A stretch of DNA of 64,000 bases, taken from assembly GCA_030770535.1 (NCBI GenBank), contig JASVEC010000012.1:124001-188000 (forward strand). The letters are read 5' to 3'. Below are positions 27,524 to 40,477 of the stretch, piece by piece. The notes below the pieces were generated by a model that was given only the letters and a program-made list of their open reading frames with translations, did not search any database and was not told the origin of the DNA. Positions within the stretch are counted from its first letter, which is position 1. Every line of letters starts with the position of its first letter. The translations under genes were made by a program, and so were the position numbers. Origin of the DNA: Batkoa obscura. Its lineage: Eukaryota.

Positions 27524-27648
27524 TTTTCAAAAAGGGTATATTCCTTATTGTTGCGTTTAAAAAGGGTATATTCCTTATTATTGCTTTCAAAAAGGGTACG
27601 TTCCTTATTATTGCTTTGAAAAGGGTAAATTCCTTATTATTGCTTTCA
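27524..27648. repeat. Minisatellite, about 30-bp unit, 4 copies
   Basis: Unit approximately TTTCAAAAAGGGTATATTCCTTATTATTGC. Confidence 0.9.
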
Positions 27649-27937
27649 TAAGACATTATGAAAATACGCCCCATTTCATCATTAGGCTACATATTATCTG
27701 TAATGAATTATAATCATTATATTTAACATCTTTTCAAAAACTTTATATTTTTTAAACACAAACATATAATATTTTAGGTTAATATTATTATCAATAAATA
27801 AAACTCTGTTTAAAAGACCTTAATAACCAAATCTTAAATCAATTATATATATTAAGGTGTTTATTCTCATGTTTTTCTTACTCTACTATAGACCTTCAAT
27901 GAAAAAATTGTAGGTTTTATTAGCTCAAATAATTAGA

Positions 27938-28032
27938 TATTTGTATTTTTTGTTTCATCACTTTTTCCTTTTTTTAAGCGCTATTTGAATGGAAATGTTA
28001 TCAGTAAATTCTAAACAAAAAAATATATCCCT
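27938..28032 (-). mobile_element. MITE family A copy, degenerate
   Basis: Core tttcatcactttttc..aagcgctatttgaatggaaa..atatccc. Confidence 0.75.
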
Positions 28033-28469
28033 ATATAAAGATGAATTTTTAAAATAACTATGTAATTATTCTAGAACTAGTATCTAGTCTATTATCGCTC
28101 ATTCATATAAACCATATTAGTAAAGTTAATGACACTAGTTAAAATATTCATATGATTCAAGAAATAAGGGAGTACCATTTTTAATGTTCTATTTATCAAT
28201 TTTGTATTTTTAAACTATATTAGGTTTTCCTATTACTATTACTATTACTATTATTAATTAAATATATTAATGAATACATTCAAAACTGGTACATAAATCA
28301 GAATTTTTCATTCTTTGTTCATTGGTTTTATCCCTGGAATTATCAATATTTTGCCAAAACGTATAGCAATTTACTTTCATTTAAGGAAATTGTAAGTACA
28401 TATATAAAGGTATTAAACAAAAAATTTAAAGATCAAAAAATTAGTTAATTTTTTATTAATATCACAAAT

Positions 28470-29277
28470 ATGAAAAGTCCAAAGATTGCACTCTTTGTAT
28501 TAAAGCTATATGAGTAAATTACTTAACTATATTATATCATAGGTATTAATCAGCTATATAGAATGCTTTCTGATGAAAAATACTCCTCATTGTTGTCCTG
28601 GGGCCCTACAGGAAAAAGTTTTATGATCCTCAACGTCAGTGAATTTAAGGAAATTCTTAGTTTTCATTTTAAAAGTCGAAATTTGGGCTCGTTCTTCCGT
28701 CAGCTTAATGTAAAGCATTATCTCTATTACATTATTATTACTAATTAGATTATAGCTTTACAACTTTTACCGCATCAGTGATGGACGGAGGAAAGAGTGT
28801 AAAAAGCTCTCATATGCTCAATTTTCTCATGAGTATTTTATAAAAGATCAGTCTGATTTGCTTTTCAAAGTAAAAAGGCAAAAGGTGAAATACTCTAATT
28901 TAACAAAAGCACGATTACCGACTCAATCTATTACATCTAAAACTTCAATCAAAAGTGAAGAACTGGAACCAAGTTTGGAAATTGAAGAAACACCTTTTGA
29001 AGCTTGCTTGAAAAGCCATGCTTTAAGCTCTTACTATCAAGACGAGTATAATGCTCAAAATGTTGCCTCTCCACCGTTCTACTATATAGATTCCTCTAAC
29101 AACGAGGATGAATTCTCCAATATACAGCCTTATTATGAATATCATAGTCCTTTTTACTACTCAATTGAGTACTACAATTCATTATATAATGCGAGCTATT
29201 TATATCCTGCTTCTTATTGCGACTATCACAACTCCAACGGGAACGTCTTATATTATGATTCAACATCCTTTACATAA
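28470..29277 (+). CDS. Small HSF-type DNA-binding domain protein with Tyr-rich tail (3 exons)
   Basis: MKSPKIALFVLKLYE|MLSDEKYSSLLSWGPTGKSF..HFKSRNLGSFFRQLN|LYNFYRISDGR..FSHEYFIKDQSDLLFKVKR; same two intron positions as the 4370 gene; TATATAAA at about 28401. Confidence 0.9.
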
Positions 29278-29914
29278 TTGTATATCTCTATTCCTTTCAT
29301 ATCTTTTTTTGTATTTGTATGGTTATTTTTTTATTTTTAAAATATAAAAATAAAGCACTTTTGTTAATAAAACAAACTATATATTATATCATTTTACAAA
29401 TAGTCCAAATACATTCCATAGGATTATGCTATATATATATTGTTTATATAGAGCAAGTGTTTTACATGAAGTATTAATACCTCATTTTTTAGATATTAAA
29501 AATTCAAAAGAAACATAAGAACATCAGAAGGAACTTGGATCAGACACTGCTATAGACCTTTTTTCATGTCTTGTTGCATCGTCTTTTCTATGAGCTTTTT
29601 CCACTTAGGTAGTTTGTTATATTGTATAGTACTTATTGTATTTAAAATTAACAAAATGCCTAAGCTATTTAGATAGGAGCAATTGTATTATAAAAATTAT
29701 GAGTCCATGCTTTATAGCTATTGGATAACTACAATATCACTTTACTTTAGTTAATTGCCTTTAACGAATTTAAATTTTTGAAAATAAATGCTTTTAAAGC
29801 AATTTTTGGTATTAAAATATACATAAAGTATATTATTTTGTACAGGTTCTTTCTATTATAATATGTTTTTTAAAATATATTTACATTAAAAGGATGCCAG
29901 TAAGGTTACTTTAA

Positions 29915-30137
29915 CTCTTTGAGTACCAAACATTTCAAAAAAAAGCTCAACTGGACTGGAATTTTCGATCCATCTGATTATTAAAGAATGATTTTTGCCT
30001 AGCCAGGGCTAATTTAACTACTAACGTTCGTCCTGGTTTTATTTTGATTTAAAATCATATGCGAATAACGCTTGCCATAATTTAATTTTGCTCTACAAAA
30101 ATATGGTGAACACAGCTCATCTATGGTACTCAAATGG
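29915..30137. mobile_element. Possible piggyBac-type MITE
   Basis: TTAA on both flanks; imperfect TIR CTCTTTGAGTACCA versus reverse-complemented CCATTTGAGTACCA; single copy in this window. Confidence 0.5.
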
Positions 30138-30181
30138 TTAAGCAAAGAAAGTAACAAAGTAGCCATTAAAAATCATCATAT

Positions 30182-30277
30182 AGGAATGTATTTTTTTGTT
30201 TAAGGATCTTACTAATAGTCTTTCCACTCAAATAACGCTTAAAAATGGAAAAAGTGATGAAACCAAAAAACATCCCC
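30182..30277 (+). mobile_element. MITE family A copy
   Basis: Consensus match; ATAT/ATAT TSD. Confidence 0.88.
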
Positions 30278-32055
30278 ATATAAACATCAAAAATTATCAT
30301 GAGTAAAAATCCAATGACCAAAGGAATATCAAATAATAGCTTTTTGGGTAATCTGAGAATGAGCTTTGGCAGCAGACAGGGGGTTAACCCTGTATTCTAT
30401 ACGTTTTGAGATTTTCTTTACTTCATTCAATTTTGAGTATTTTCTCATAAATTTTATTATTGGTTCTAAAATAAGATCAACACCATTGAAAACTTCCAAC
30501 GCATTTTTTAATAACGTATAGTACTTCTATTATTAGAGTACTTAGAATAAAGATTGATCTTAATTCTAGCTACCCTTAGTTATCCCTAGTATTATTGCAT
30601 CAACAGTTCTAAAACCTATAAGCTTATTTCAAGGGACTTATTTTCTGCCCTTAAAAAAGCTTTAATATAAAAATGGGAATTGCGCATTTCTATTTAAAAA
30701 ACGGTAATTAGTATAAATGTGTATATGATGATAAAAAAATTTAATTTTTAAATAAAGTTTCAATTGTATCATAGCTCTATTTTTAGTTAAATCCTCTGTG
30801 AAAATAATTTTACGATGTTGTTTGATTTAAAAATAAACAAAATCTTGATATTCTAAACGAGTATAACAATTAAACTTTCTGCTATTGGTATATATTTATT
30901 AATAAATAACTTTGCAAAATTAATAAATACTCAGCCTTGAAACTTTTAGACATCAACGCCATTGTCTCATATAAACTATAAATACATCAAAATTTCATCA
31001 TTGCTTTTGATTATAACAGGGAGGAAAATGCCAGATCTGGATTCTTTACCATATTTTACCACTATCTTGCCTCCCTTAAATTAAAATTGAAATCTATTTA
31101 GTTTGATACATTTTAATAATTAATAAGAGATAAAGGGATGAAGTTTATTGAAGTTAAAATCAAAATAAGGAATGTATGTTTAAATAATTATGAACCTTAT
31201 AACCAATGTTCTAAAAAAATCAGGTTTATTATCATATTTAACATATGCAGTAAAGAATTGGAACTGATAAAAATGTTAAATATTTCCTTAATATATAAGT
31301 ACTATATTTTTTAAAACGTTAATACCTTGAGATTAGTAGCATGCGCCCATATATGAAACTGGCTTAAGTTTATACTGTTAAACTTTTTGAGAACTTTGGG
31401 TAAATTTCCTCTTTTATAAAGGCTGATTACGTTTATATCATTGTATATACGTTCAAAGTCATCTATATCCCTTATATATGGCGTGTATGATAAAACGAAC
31501 CTTACGATTTAAAACAAAATGGTGTTTTTACATTAACTAAGCGTAAACCATAAAAAAATGAAACCCCCTTACTTATCAGTGAATTTATATATTATTCTTT
31601 ACTTCACCATATTAGAATTTTATTTATAACGAATCTTTGATTTTTTTTTTAAAACTACAAAAGAAATGACAATAGATAAGCTTCAAACTTTAGTATAAAC
31701 TCTTAAAATTTAAATTTGGATATGACTTTCTTAAAGTTTGAGGTTCTAAATTCGATAACTATATTACTCTTAGAAGGATTGGATTTTTGTAGCGGATGGA
31801 GCCAAGTTTATTTAGTCTAATTGACATTTGAATAGAAGTCCTAGCAAAGGTGTTGATGATAGTCACTTATCACTACCAGGTCATCTAACTTACATGAGTT
31901 TTACTATTTTAAAGACTATGCTTAAAAACAACACCCATATTTGATGGTATATCAATAGAAGCGTCTTAGATGAAAACCCCTGCTTTTAAAAATAATAACT
32001 CATTCTAAAAATCACATTATCCCAAGATAAAGCATAAAAAATTTAAGATGAATAT

Positions 32056-32153
32056 GGGGATGTATTTTTTTGTTTAAGGACTTTACTAACAATCTTTCCG
32101 CTCAAATAGCGCTTAAAAAATGGGAAAAATAATGAAGCCAAAAAAACACTCTC
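32056..32153 (+). mobile_element. MITE family A copy
   Basis: Consensus match; ATAT/ATAT TSD. Confidence 0.9.
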
Positions 32154-32432
32154 ATATTTTGAGTTTATCTATGGAAATCACTCTCAAAAATAGTAACTTA
32201 TTATATTGCGTGGTTGAGTATGCTTGTCTCAAAGTAAAAATGACATCTATACAGTAAAATAAGGTACACTTAAGATGCCATAATTAGCTAAAATGTATTA
32301 AAATATGCTCATTTGATATAAAAACTAAAATCGAAATAAAATATAAAAACATCAATTTAGTATAATAAATAGTTAAAAACATTTTTAAGTCTATTCCCAT
32401 ATCATAATTTTATTTTAAAGGGAAATCTATAA

Positions 32433-33539
<1,107 letters not shown>

Positions 33540-34350
33540 TTTTTTTGATATTATCCTATTGATAAAGTGCAAGTATCTTATTTTGAAAAGATTGTTTTCT
33601 TTTAACTTGTCAACTTTGTACAAATTTTGTTTTATTTTTTTATATTTCGGCTCTCATTGGCTTTAAGGAGAATCCTGTTGTTTTATTAGCTATTTTAAAA
33701 ATAATGTGCCTTTCCACTAATTTAGGAGTTATACAGCTCCGCATTTATTTCAGAGAATTGCAAAGCTACAAATTTAGTGAAAAAATAATTTCTGAAAATA
33801 ATTTTAGTGAAATAAAATTAATAATAATAATACAAAGTGACATTATATACAAGCATCCTTTTGTTTTGATATTTAACCAGTGCCTTTACTTGATTCTATG
33901 TTGCATACAAAGCGTACAAAATTCTGAATTTAAAAGATATTCCTAAGTCATAAATTTTTTATCAAGAATAGTAGACTAAAAATCAAAAATATGGGAATGA
34001 TTTTTTTTCCTTTTGTCCATTTTATACGTAGCATAAAATTTAGAAAACACTAACAAGTTACTGAAACAAACAAGTTACTCCTATATTGTAAATAAAGTGC
34101 AAGCTTTAGTTTAAAGATAAATATATAAAATATTAGTTTTATAGTTACTATTTAGTTTGAGTTTTTGAACTTGATTTTATTGTCTTAATATAAAACATTT
34201 TCCACAAAATTAACAATTTATTAAAGAAAGCTCAAAAAGAGTAACATATTTAATGGTTAGAATAATATAGCGTAAATGGGTGGTTAAAAATCCACTTCTA
34301 ACAACACATTAAAAATATTAGACACTTAATCAAAAGTAGGTATTATAATG

Positions 34351-36190
34351 TTATAAATGACCATCATTGGAAACGGTTGGGAACTCGGAATTGACTACAC
34401 CAAGATGAAGAATTCTATTACCAGATTGACAAACTGGGTCCATGTTTTTACCCACAACAATGCCATCTTCTGGTGCAAAATATGTTTCTTCAAGATTCCC
34501 AAAGATATTGTGTAATGTAGCAATTGGTTCATTCTTTTTAACCCATGTATTAACATCTGGAAGTACAGTTAAAATACCTCCTCTAGATGCAAAAATCCAA
34601 TAAGATTTAGCACATATTACTGGTGCGTATTCGGATGGTGTCAAAGTACCATCTTCATTAATCATTTGTAAATGTGACATAATGTTAGTTACTCCCATCA
34701 ATGCTGATCTTATAAATCTTTTTTGGAATCTAGAAGGATCTCCAATTTCTACAGTAATTGCTGGTATCCCTAATTCCATGGCTGCTCCTCTAAGTGAACC
34801 ATCTGGAGAAGTATTATGTACAATGATCTGAGGGTTTTGTAATTGTGCCATATTTCTGGTTTTTGAATCCATCATATTAGCTCTAACATACAAACTATTA
34901 ACTCTTCCTCGTGATGCTGTATGTAAATCGAGTAAATACTCGATTTTATTTATTATTCGGTCCATCAAATTATAAGAATATACCTGTGGTCTGGATCCGT
35001 TCTTTTTTCTAATTAAATAATGTAAATGACCAACCTACAAATATCAAATATATTTTACCCTGGCATTAACCTATTTAAATCTTGTCCATCATAAGTTCTC
35101 TGACTTGTTAAATAACCTGGAACATTTGCTACTGGAACAGCGACAATAATTCCATGTAAATTGGATGTTTTGATTTCACGGAATAATCGATGTATCAAAG
35201 GAATTCCGTTTAATTCATTTCCATGTAATGCTGCAGTAATGCCTAAAATTGGACCAGGTTTAACACCCTAAGAAATAGTTCGGTATGGTATATTTAATAT
35301 TTAGATTGTAAACTCACTTTGGCTACAATAACTGGAACTTTAATCGGAAGTGATAAACCATCTTCAGCAACTACTACCCAAAGCCTTGAGATCCTATCAC
35401 CTGGTAAAGCATCTAAATCTAAATTAGTTACAGTAGGAACCACGGGTTCAACTGGATGGATATCTTCCGTCGGAGCTAATGGAGCAGGTGGAACATGAGT
35501 TCTCCAAACCTGTTTAGCTTCAAACAACATACTTTCATCTTTTTCACTAGCAACGAAGGAACAATTAGTAACTAATGGCCACCAATCTTCTCTTATATTG
35601 GTATCAATATGTTTATCAAATTTTTTCAATATTTTTTGAAACCCAGTAATATTTGTATTGGTAAACTCTAAAAATTAATATGACTTTAAATAGTTAAAAT
35701 AGTTACCGAATAAATATTCTAATTGTTGTAGCAATTTTGAAAAATCTTGTCGCCTAGTAAATTGTTATTTATTGTTTTAAAATCAGGAATTTTTTACCAT
35801 CTATTTGTTTCATTTTGAGTCATTTCATCACTCCACTACCAAATATTTTAATATCATAAATAAAATATATAAAAATAGTCTTACAATACTCCTTAAGCTA
35901 TTTAGTCTTTCTCTTAATTCATTTTCTTTTACTTTATATCTATCGTCTACTTTATGTAATTCTTCTAATAAAAGCTCCTTAAACTCCTTCATCAAATCAT
36001 CTTTTACTTCATCGCTTTTAACGCTATCTTCATCATATTATTAGAATAAGGCATATAAACAGATTAAATCTAGCTTACCATTATAAGTGACCTCATACTC
36101 TTTAATTGCTTTTTTTAAAAGTTTATAATCGATATAATAAATAGCCCAAGTGGGTATTGACCTTAAGGCTAACTGTTTAGCAAATTTCAT
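34351..36190 (-). CDS. SPX domain fused to a succinylglutamate desuccinylase/aspartoacylase (M14 AstE/AspA-like) domain, 518 aa
   Basis: Exons 36190-36079, 36027-35885, 35835-35798, 35753-35707, 35667-35318, 35267-35059 and 35008-34351 total 1557 nt in one frame. SPX motifs MKFAKQL..W..YIDYKLLKK, EELHKVDDRY, NITGFQKILKKFDKH; M14 motifs HGNE, DLNR, DLHT, TVEIG. Confidence 0.9.
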
Positions 36191-36858
36191 TTTCCTTCAA
36201 ATATTTAATAGAAAAACAAATTGTAACTATTTTTTTAAAATTTTTATTTATCATGGATAGTTACAAAAAGTATAGTAATGAGTTAGTACAAAAACAAATC
36301 GCTTAATTTCTGTTAAATAGCCAATAGTTGTGTACTATAGTATGGGAATTGCTTTTTTTGATTGGTTTTTATTTTCCTCCCGCCTCATTTTAGTGTTCTG
36401 GCTAAACTTACCTCATTATCTAGTTAGTGTGACTGGATTTTATTCTTTTTTTTAAAAAATAATTTGCTGGTGGATGCGTCATAACTAAAATGTAGTTTAT
36501 TAAAATTAAAATTATTTAATAGTCCGGGAAAGCTTATATATTATAGGTAAATTCATTTAAAGATGAGAACCTAACCTAATACATCTGCTTTAAGACTTCA
36601 TATTTTATGACACATTCAATCTTGTGTGATGTATACAATTCGTAATTAGTCCAATTCAATAAAAAGTGTTCCAAAATTGATCAGAGTGTTATTATATCTT
36701 TGAGAATAAGCTGATTGAATTAAAATTAAACTTGTGAACATCTTAATGTCTCAATATAGAAATTAAGAATGAATAATGACCAAATAGTAAAAAATGTCAA
36801 AAAAATGCTACAAATTATTACCATTATTTTATTATAAACTAATATCAAGCTTTATATT

Positions 36859-36952
36859 GAAGGTGTTTTTTTTTGGTTTCATCACTTTTTCCGTTTTTTT
36901 GAGCGCTATTTGAGTGGAAAAATTGTTAGTAAAATTTAGGTAAAAAAATATA
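36859..36952 (-). mobile_element. MITE family A copy, one end decayed
   Basis: Core ttggtttcatcactttttcc..gcgctatttgagtggaaaaattgttagtaaa. Confidence 0.8.
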
Positions 36953-36997
36953 TGGTGATATCCTTTTTAAGTCTTGTGAAAAATAAGAAGTTTGAGC

Positions 36998-37071
36998 GCT
37001 CGTATGGCGCAATTGGCTAGCGCGTCCGATTGTTAATCGGGAGGTTACTGATTCGATCCCAGTTATGAGCG
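36998..37071 (+). tRNA. tRNA-Asn(GTT), possibly a pseudogene
   Basis: Acceptor stem GCTCGTA/TATGAGC; D-arm GCGC/GCGC; anticodon arm TCCGA-TTGTTAA-TCGGG; T-loop TTCGATC, but with A at position 53 opposite C61. Confidence 0.8.
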
Positions 37072-37118
37072 TAAATGATCAATTCGATGTGAATAATTTT
37101 TTGTTTTGTCTAAAATAG

Positions 37119-37211
37119 GGGGATGTCTCTTTTCTTTAGGAAATTTACTAACATATTTTCCACTCAAATAGCGCTTAAAAATGGTAAAAGTGAAGTCAAA
37201 AAAACACTCCC
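37119..37211 (+). mobile_element. MITE family A copy
   Basis: Consensus match; ATAG/ATAG TSD. Confidence 0.88.
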
Positions 37212-37736
37212 ATAGTAAGAAGCTCATGAATAATAACGCTTTTATATTTAAAAAGTATTTTCTCAAGCATTTTATGACTATTATAATTTTATCGTCGTTG
37301 ATATTATAATATTTTATAAGTTGGACTTGAAAATTAACTCTATAAGTGCTCTTTAATAACTTACACTGGATTTTCCAACTATAAATTCGTATATTGGAGA
37401 TATATAAATTAAAGTATCTTTGATTATGTTCAATTTATTACATCTAATATTTTATACTTTTCTTATGGCAATATTACTTTAGTAGAATCATAAGAGTATT
37501 AAAGATATCTTTTAGAAATTAAGTATCCCTTGTAGCATTCTATACAACTTTTAAGCTATATATTAATTATAAAAACAACGAATAATAGCATTTGATAGCT
37601 AAAATAGCAAAATTCAACATTACAATCTACTTAAAAATCGACAAAAAGCATATAGAAAAAGGTTACTAATATTTATAAATAAACAAAAAAGGAAATGGAA
37701 AATTAAATGAATAGTAAAATTAAATGAATAGTAAAA

Positions 37737-38521
37737 TTAAAGTCGTGTCAAACTAGTCGAAGGTACGACGGAATTCCTTTTGAACAGTCTTTTATCTAGC
37801 TCATAAATTTCAAGCTAAAAATAGATTAATACTTTAAAAATACAAAACCAAACTAGATACAACTTACATATAAAAAGCCACTTTTAGTAGGATCTCTTAG
37901 GCACCAGCCTATAGGATAATAAACATCCATATTTTGTTGTTCAATAAATTTACTCACTTGTTCAGTAGCCTAAAGGAATTATTTTCATTTAAATATTGGT
38001 ATTAAAAAACTCAACAACTATTTCGTTTTACCTTATATAAATCGTTTTTACAACATTGAGTATAAGTATAACAAGAAGCGATATCTAAAAAGAAAGTGAA
38101 AATATCTTTTAATTTTTCACCATGCCCTTGACTTATTATTCTATTAATAGTATCTATTGTATTATAAAATGTTTCTGGTGGTATCTAATAAATTAAAATA
38201 AACAAATGAATTATTCCCATAGAGTTAAAAAAATGGGCTTACTTTTTGTGCCAACATAGGAGGAAATTGCATTTCAAATTTAGGTACATCTGGGGTAGAA
38301 TAATCCCTTGGTACTTTAAATAATTTACCATCTTGAAATAGGATACTATTTCTTATAATCCGATTGGTACTTAATCGTTTATTTTGTAAAACGGATTTAA
38401 GCTTATCCTTTGGTGGAGTATCTTGTTTTAAATGAATAGGTAATGGTGGAGGTAATTCACCTATTTGTTCCATGGAAAATTCTTCTTCTTTAATACCATT
38501 TTCTTGTAAACGTGTTGCCAT
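37737..38521 (-). CDS. ERF4: Erf4/Golgin-A7 family palmitoyltransferase accessory subunit
   Basis: KVPRDYS...PKFEMQFPPML|IPPETFYNTIDTINRII...FIEQQN..VYYPIG..LRDP.KSGFL.LEI; 3 introns. Confidence 0.8.
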
Positions 38522-39468
38522 TATGCTGTGTTAAATCAAACTAGTATAGTTTTCATGTAAATAAAAATAATTAAAGCTTTTCATTAAATGTTTATTAGTA
38601 ACTTCCCCTTATTCATGGCAAAATTTAGGTGGGGTGGGAATTGATCTACTCTTATTGGTGGATTAAATTATAGTTTTTTTATGCAAACTTAAACCCATTG
38701 AATTTTTAAACCGAGCATTAGGTAAGTATATTTAAATTGGTAAGTTGTCTCATAGAGTTCAGTGGTTTTATAAATGAAATGTTGCAACCTGGTTAGTAAA
38801 TTCATAGTAGAATAGCAACATTTAATTTATGAGATTATCAAATTAACTGAGACAAATTGTCAGTATAAAAAGAACATACTACTATGTCGTTCTCTATTTC
38901 AAATACTTTCATTTAAATTTGTCATTAATTTTTTTATTTGCATGTATAGGCTATGTATAGTCATATAGTTTTAAGTTCAGGTAAAAAAAATTAACGACAA
39001 ATTTAAATAAAAGTATCTGAAAGAGAGACCAGCTTAATAATAAATAAGTTGGGTTTATTCTTCAACTTTCATCAATTATTACTCTTGAGGCTTAATTTGG
39101 CTAGGATTTTTTAACTCAAGAATAAATTTAATTAATTTTGTTGCAGTTTTGAATTACAACCAATATAGTTTTTAGAAATATATTAAGATTTATTATAAAT
39201 TTAATTATTAAGTACCTTCGAATAAACTCTAATATCTAAATTTTTATCAGATAAATATAGGTCTGTTACTTTTAGTACTACTTGTAGTTGAATAATTCAA
39301 CTCAAATGCTATGTTATGATGATGTGTCATTCCTCTTTTTTAAAACTTTTAATATAAAATCAACCTTATGTTTGATCATAATTATTTAAAATTCAATTAA
39401 AAACAAAATCAATTTCTAAACACCTTAATGTTACTTTAAGTTTTATAGTATTATACTATTTAATATAT

Positions 39469-39567
39469 GGGGATGTATTTTTGTGTTTAAGAATTTTACT
39501 AACAATCTTTCCGCTCAAATAGCGCTTAAAAGATGGAAAAAGTGATGAAGCCAAAAAAAACACTCCC
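39469..39567 (+). mobile_element. MITE family A copy
   Basis: Consensus match; ATAT/ATTT flanks. Confidence 0.9.
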
Positions 39568-39569
39568 AT

Positions 39570-39732
39570 TTAATGAACTATTTACTTGCTTAATTAATAT
39601 TAAAACTTTTAAATTTTTTGTTATTTTCATAAAATAAGTCAGGGTTTATTTTTTTATTCTTTTATTTTCTATAAACTTTATAGCTTTAATTAGAATTATA
39701 TCACTTTTTTTAATTTATCAGATACTGGATGT
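39570..39732 (-). mobile_element. Third fragment of the Sola-like transposon
   Basis: Matches about 9930-10195 and the reverse complement of about 25245-25385 (atttatcagatactggat). Confidence 0.65.
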
Positions 39733-40283
39733 TGTGAAAGTTGGTACTCAGTGGTTGGAGTTAAAAGTAATTCTAGCTTAAATAACTGGCTGTAAGTCGA
39801 GAGGCCTTAGTTTATGTAACTAAGATAGACTTAAATTAGTAAGAATAATACGTAATAAGTTACGAACTATGTAAAACAAATAGAATAGAAGATACTACTG
39901 TATAATCTACCTAAGATATTGCCAGAAAGACTTAGTAGCTTTATTAATGGTACGATATCAGGGGGTAATTCAATTAAAAAGCTTCGAGTTATCATGTTGA
40001 AGGATCTCTTTTATACTCCAACTGGGTGGCTATATATAAGGAGCATGATAACAGTTATTCCTTAATATAATTGCCAAGTATGGAGATTAAAACGTGGACA
40101 ATAAGTTCTTTGCAATTAGGCAATAGAAATTCTCACAACAAATCTAAGTGAGGAACTCCTCTGAATTGATTATACCACATGGATCACGATCAAATTGATT
40201 ACAAGACTACAACTAGTTTTATAAACAAATTAAATGATTATTATCTTATAATTAATCCGAGAGCTGATAAGCAATATTTCACA
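39733..40283 (+). mobile_element. Solo-LTR-like element (longest copy, 551 bp)
   Basis: TGTGAAAGTTGG...ATATTTCACA; same family as 25388. Confidence 0.85.
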
Positions 40284-40477
40284 CTATTGCAGAAGTAAAT
40301 AATAAAAGCTGAGTTTTTTAATTTTATATTTTTATAATATTATATTGTTATATTTGTTATTGCTAGTATCAATATTATTCAATAAAATAAGCAAATGATT
40401 TATATAAATATATAATATATAAATATACTATTATTTTAAAAAAAAACTATAGCTTAGTTAAGTATTTTAAAATTATT

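Noticed and set aside
27524..27648. CRISPR-like array
   Set aside because: Units are directly adjacent with no unique spacers, there are no cas genes, and the context is eukaryotic.
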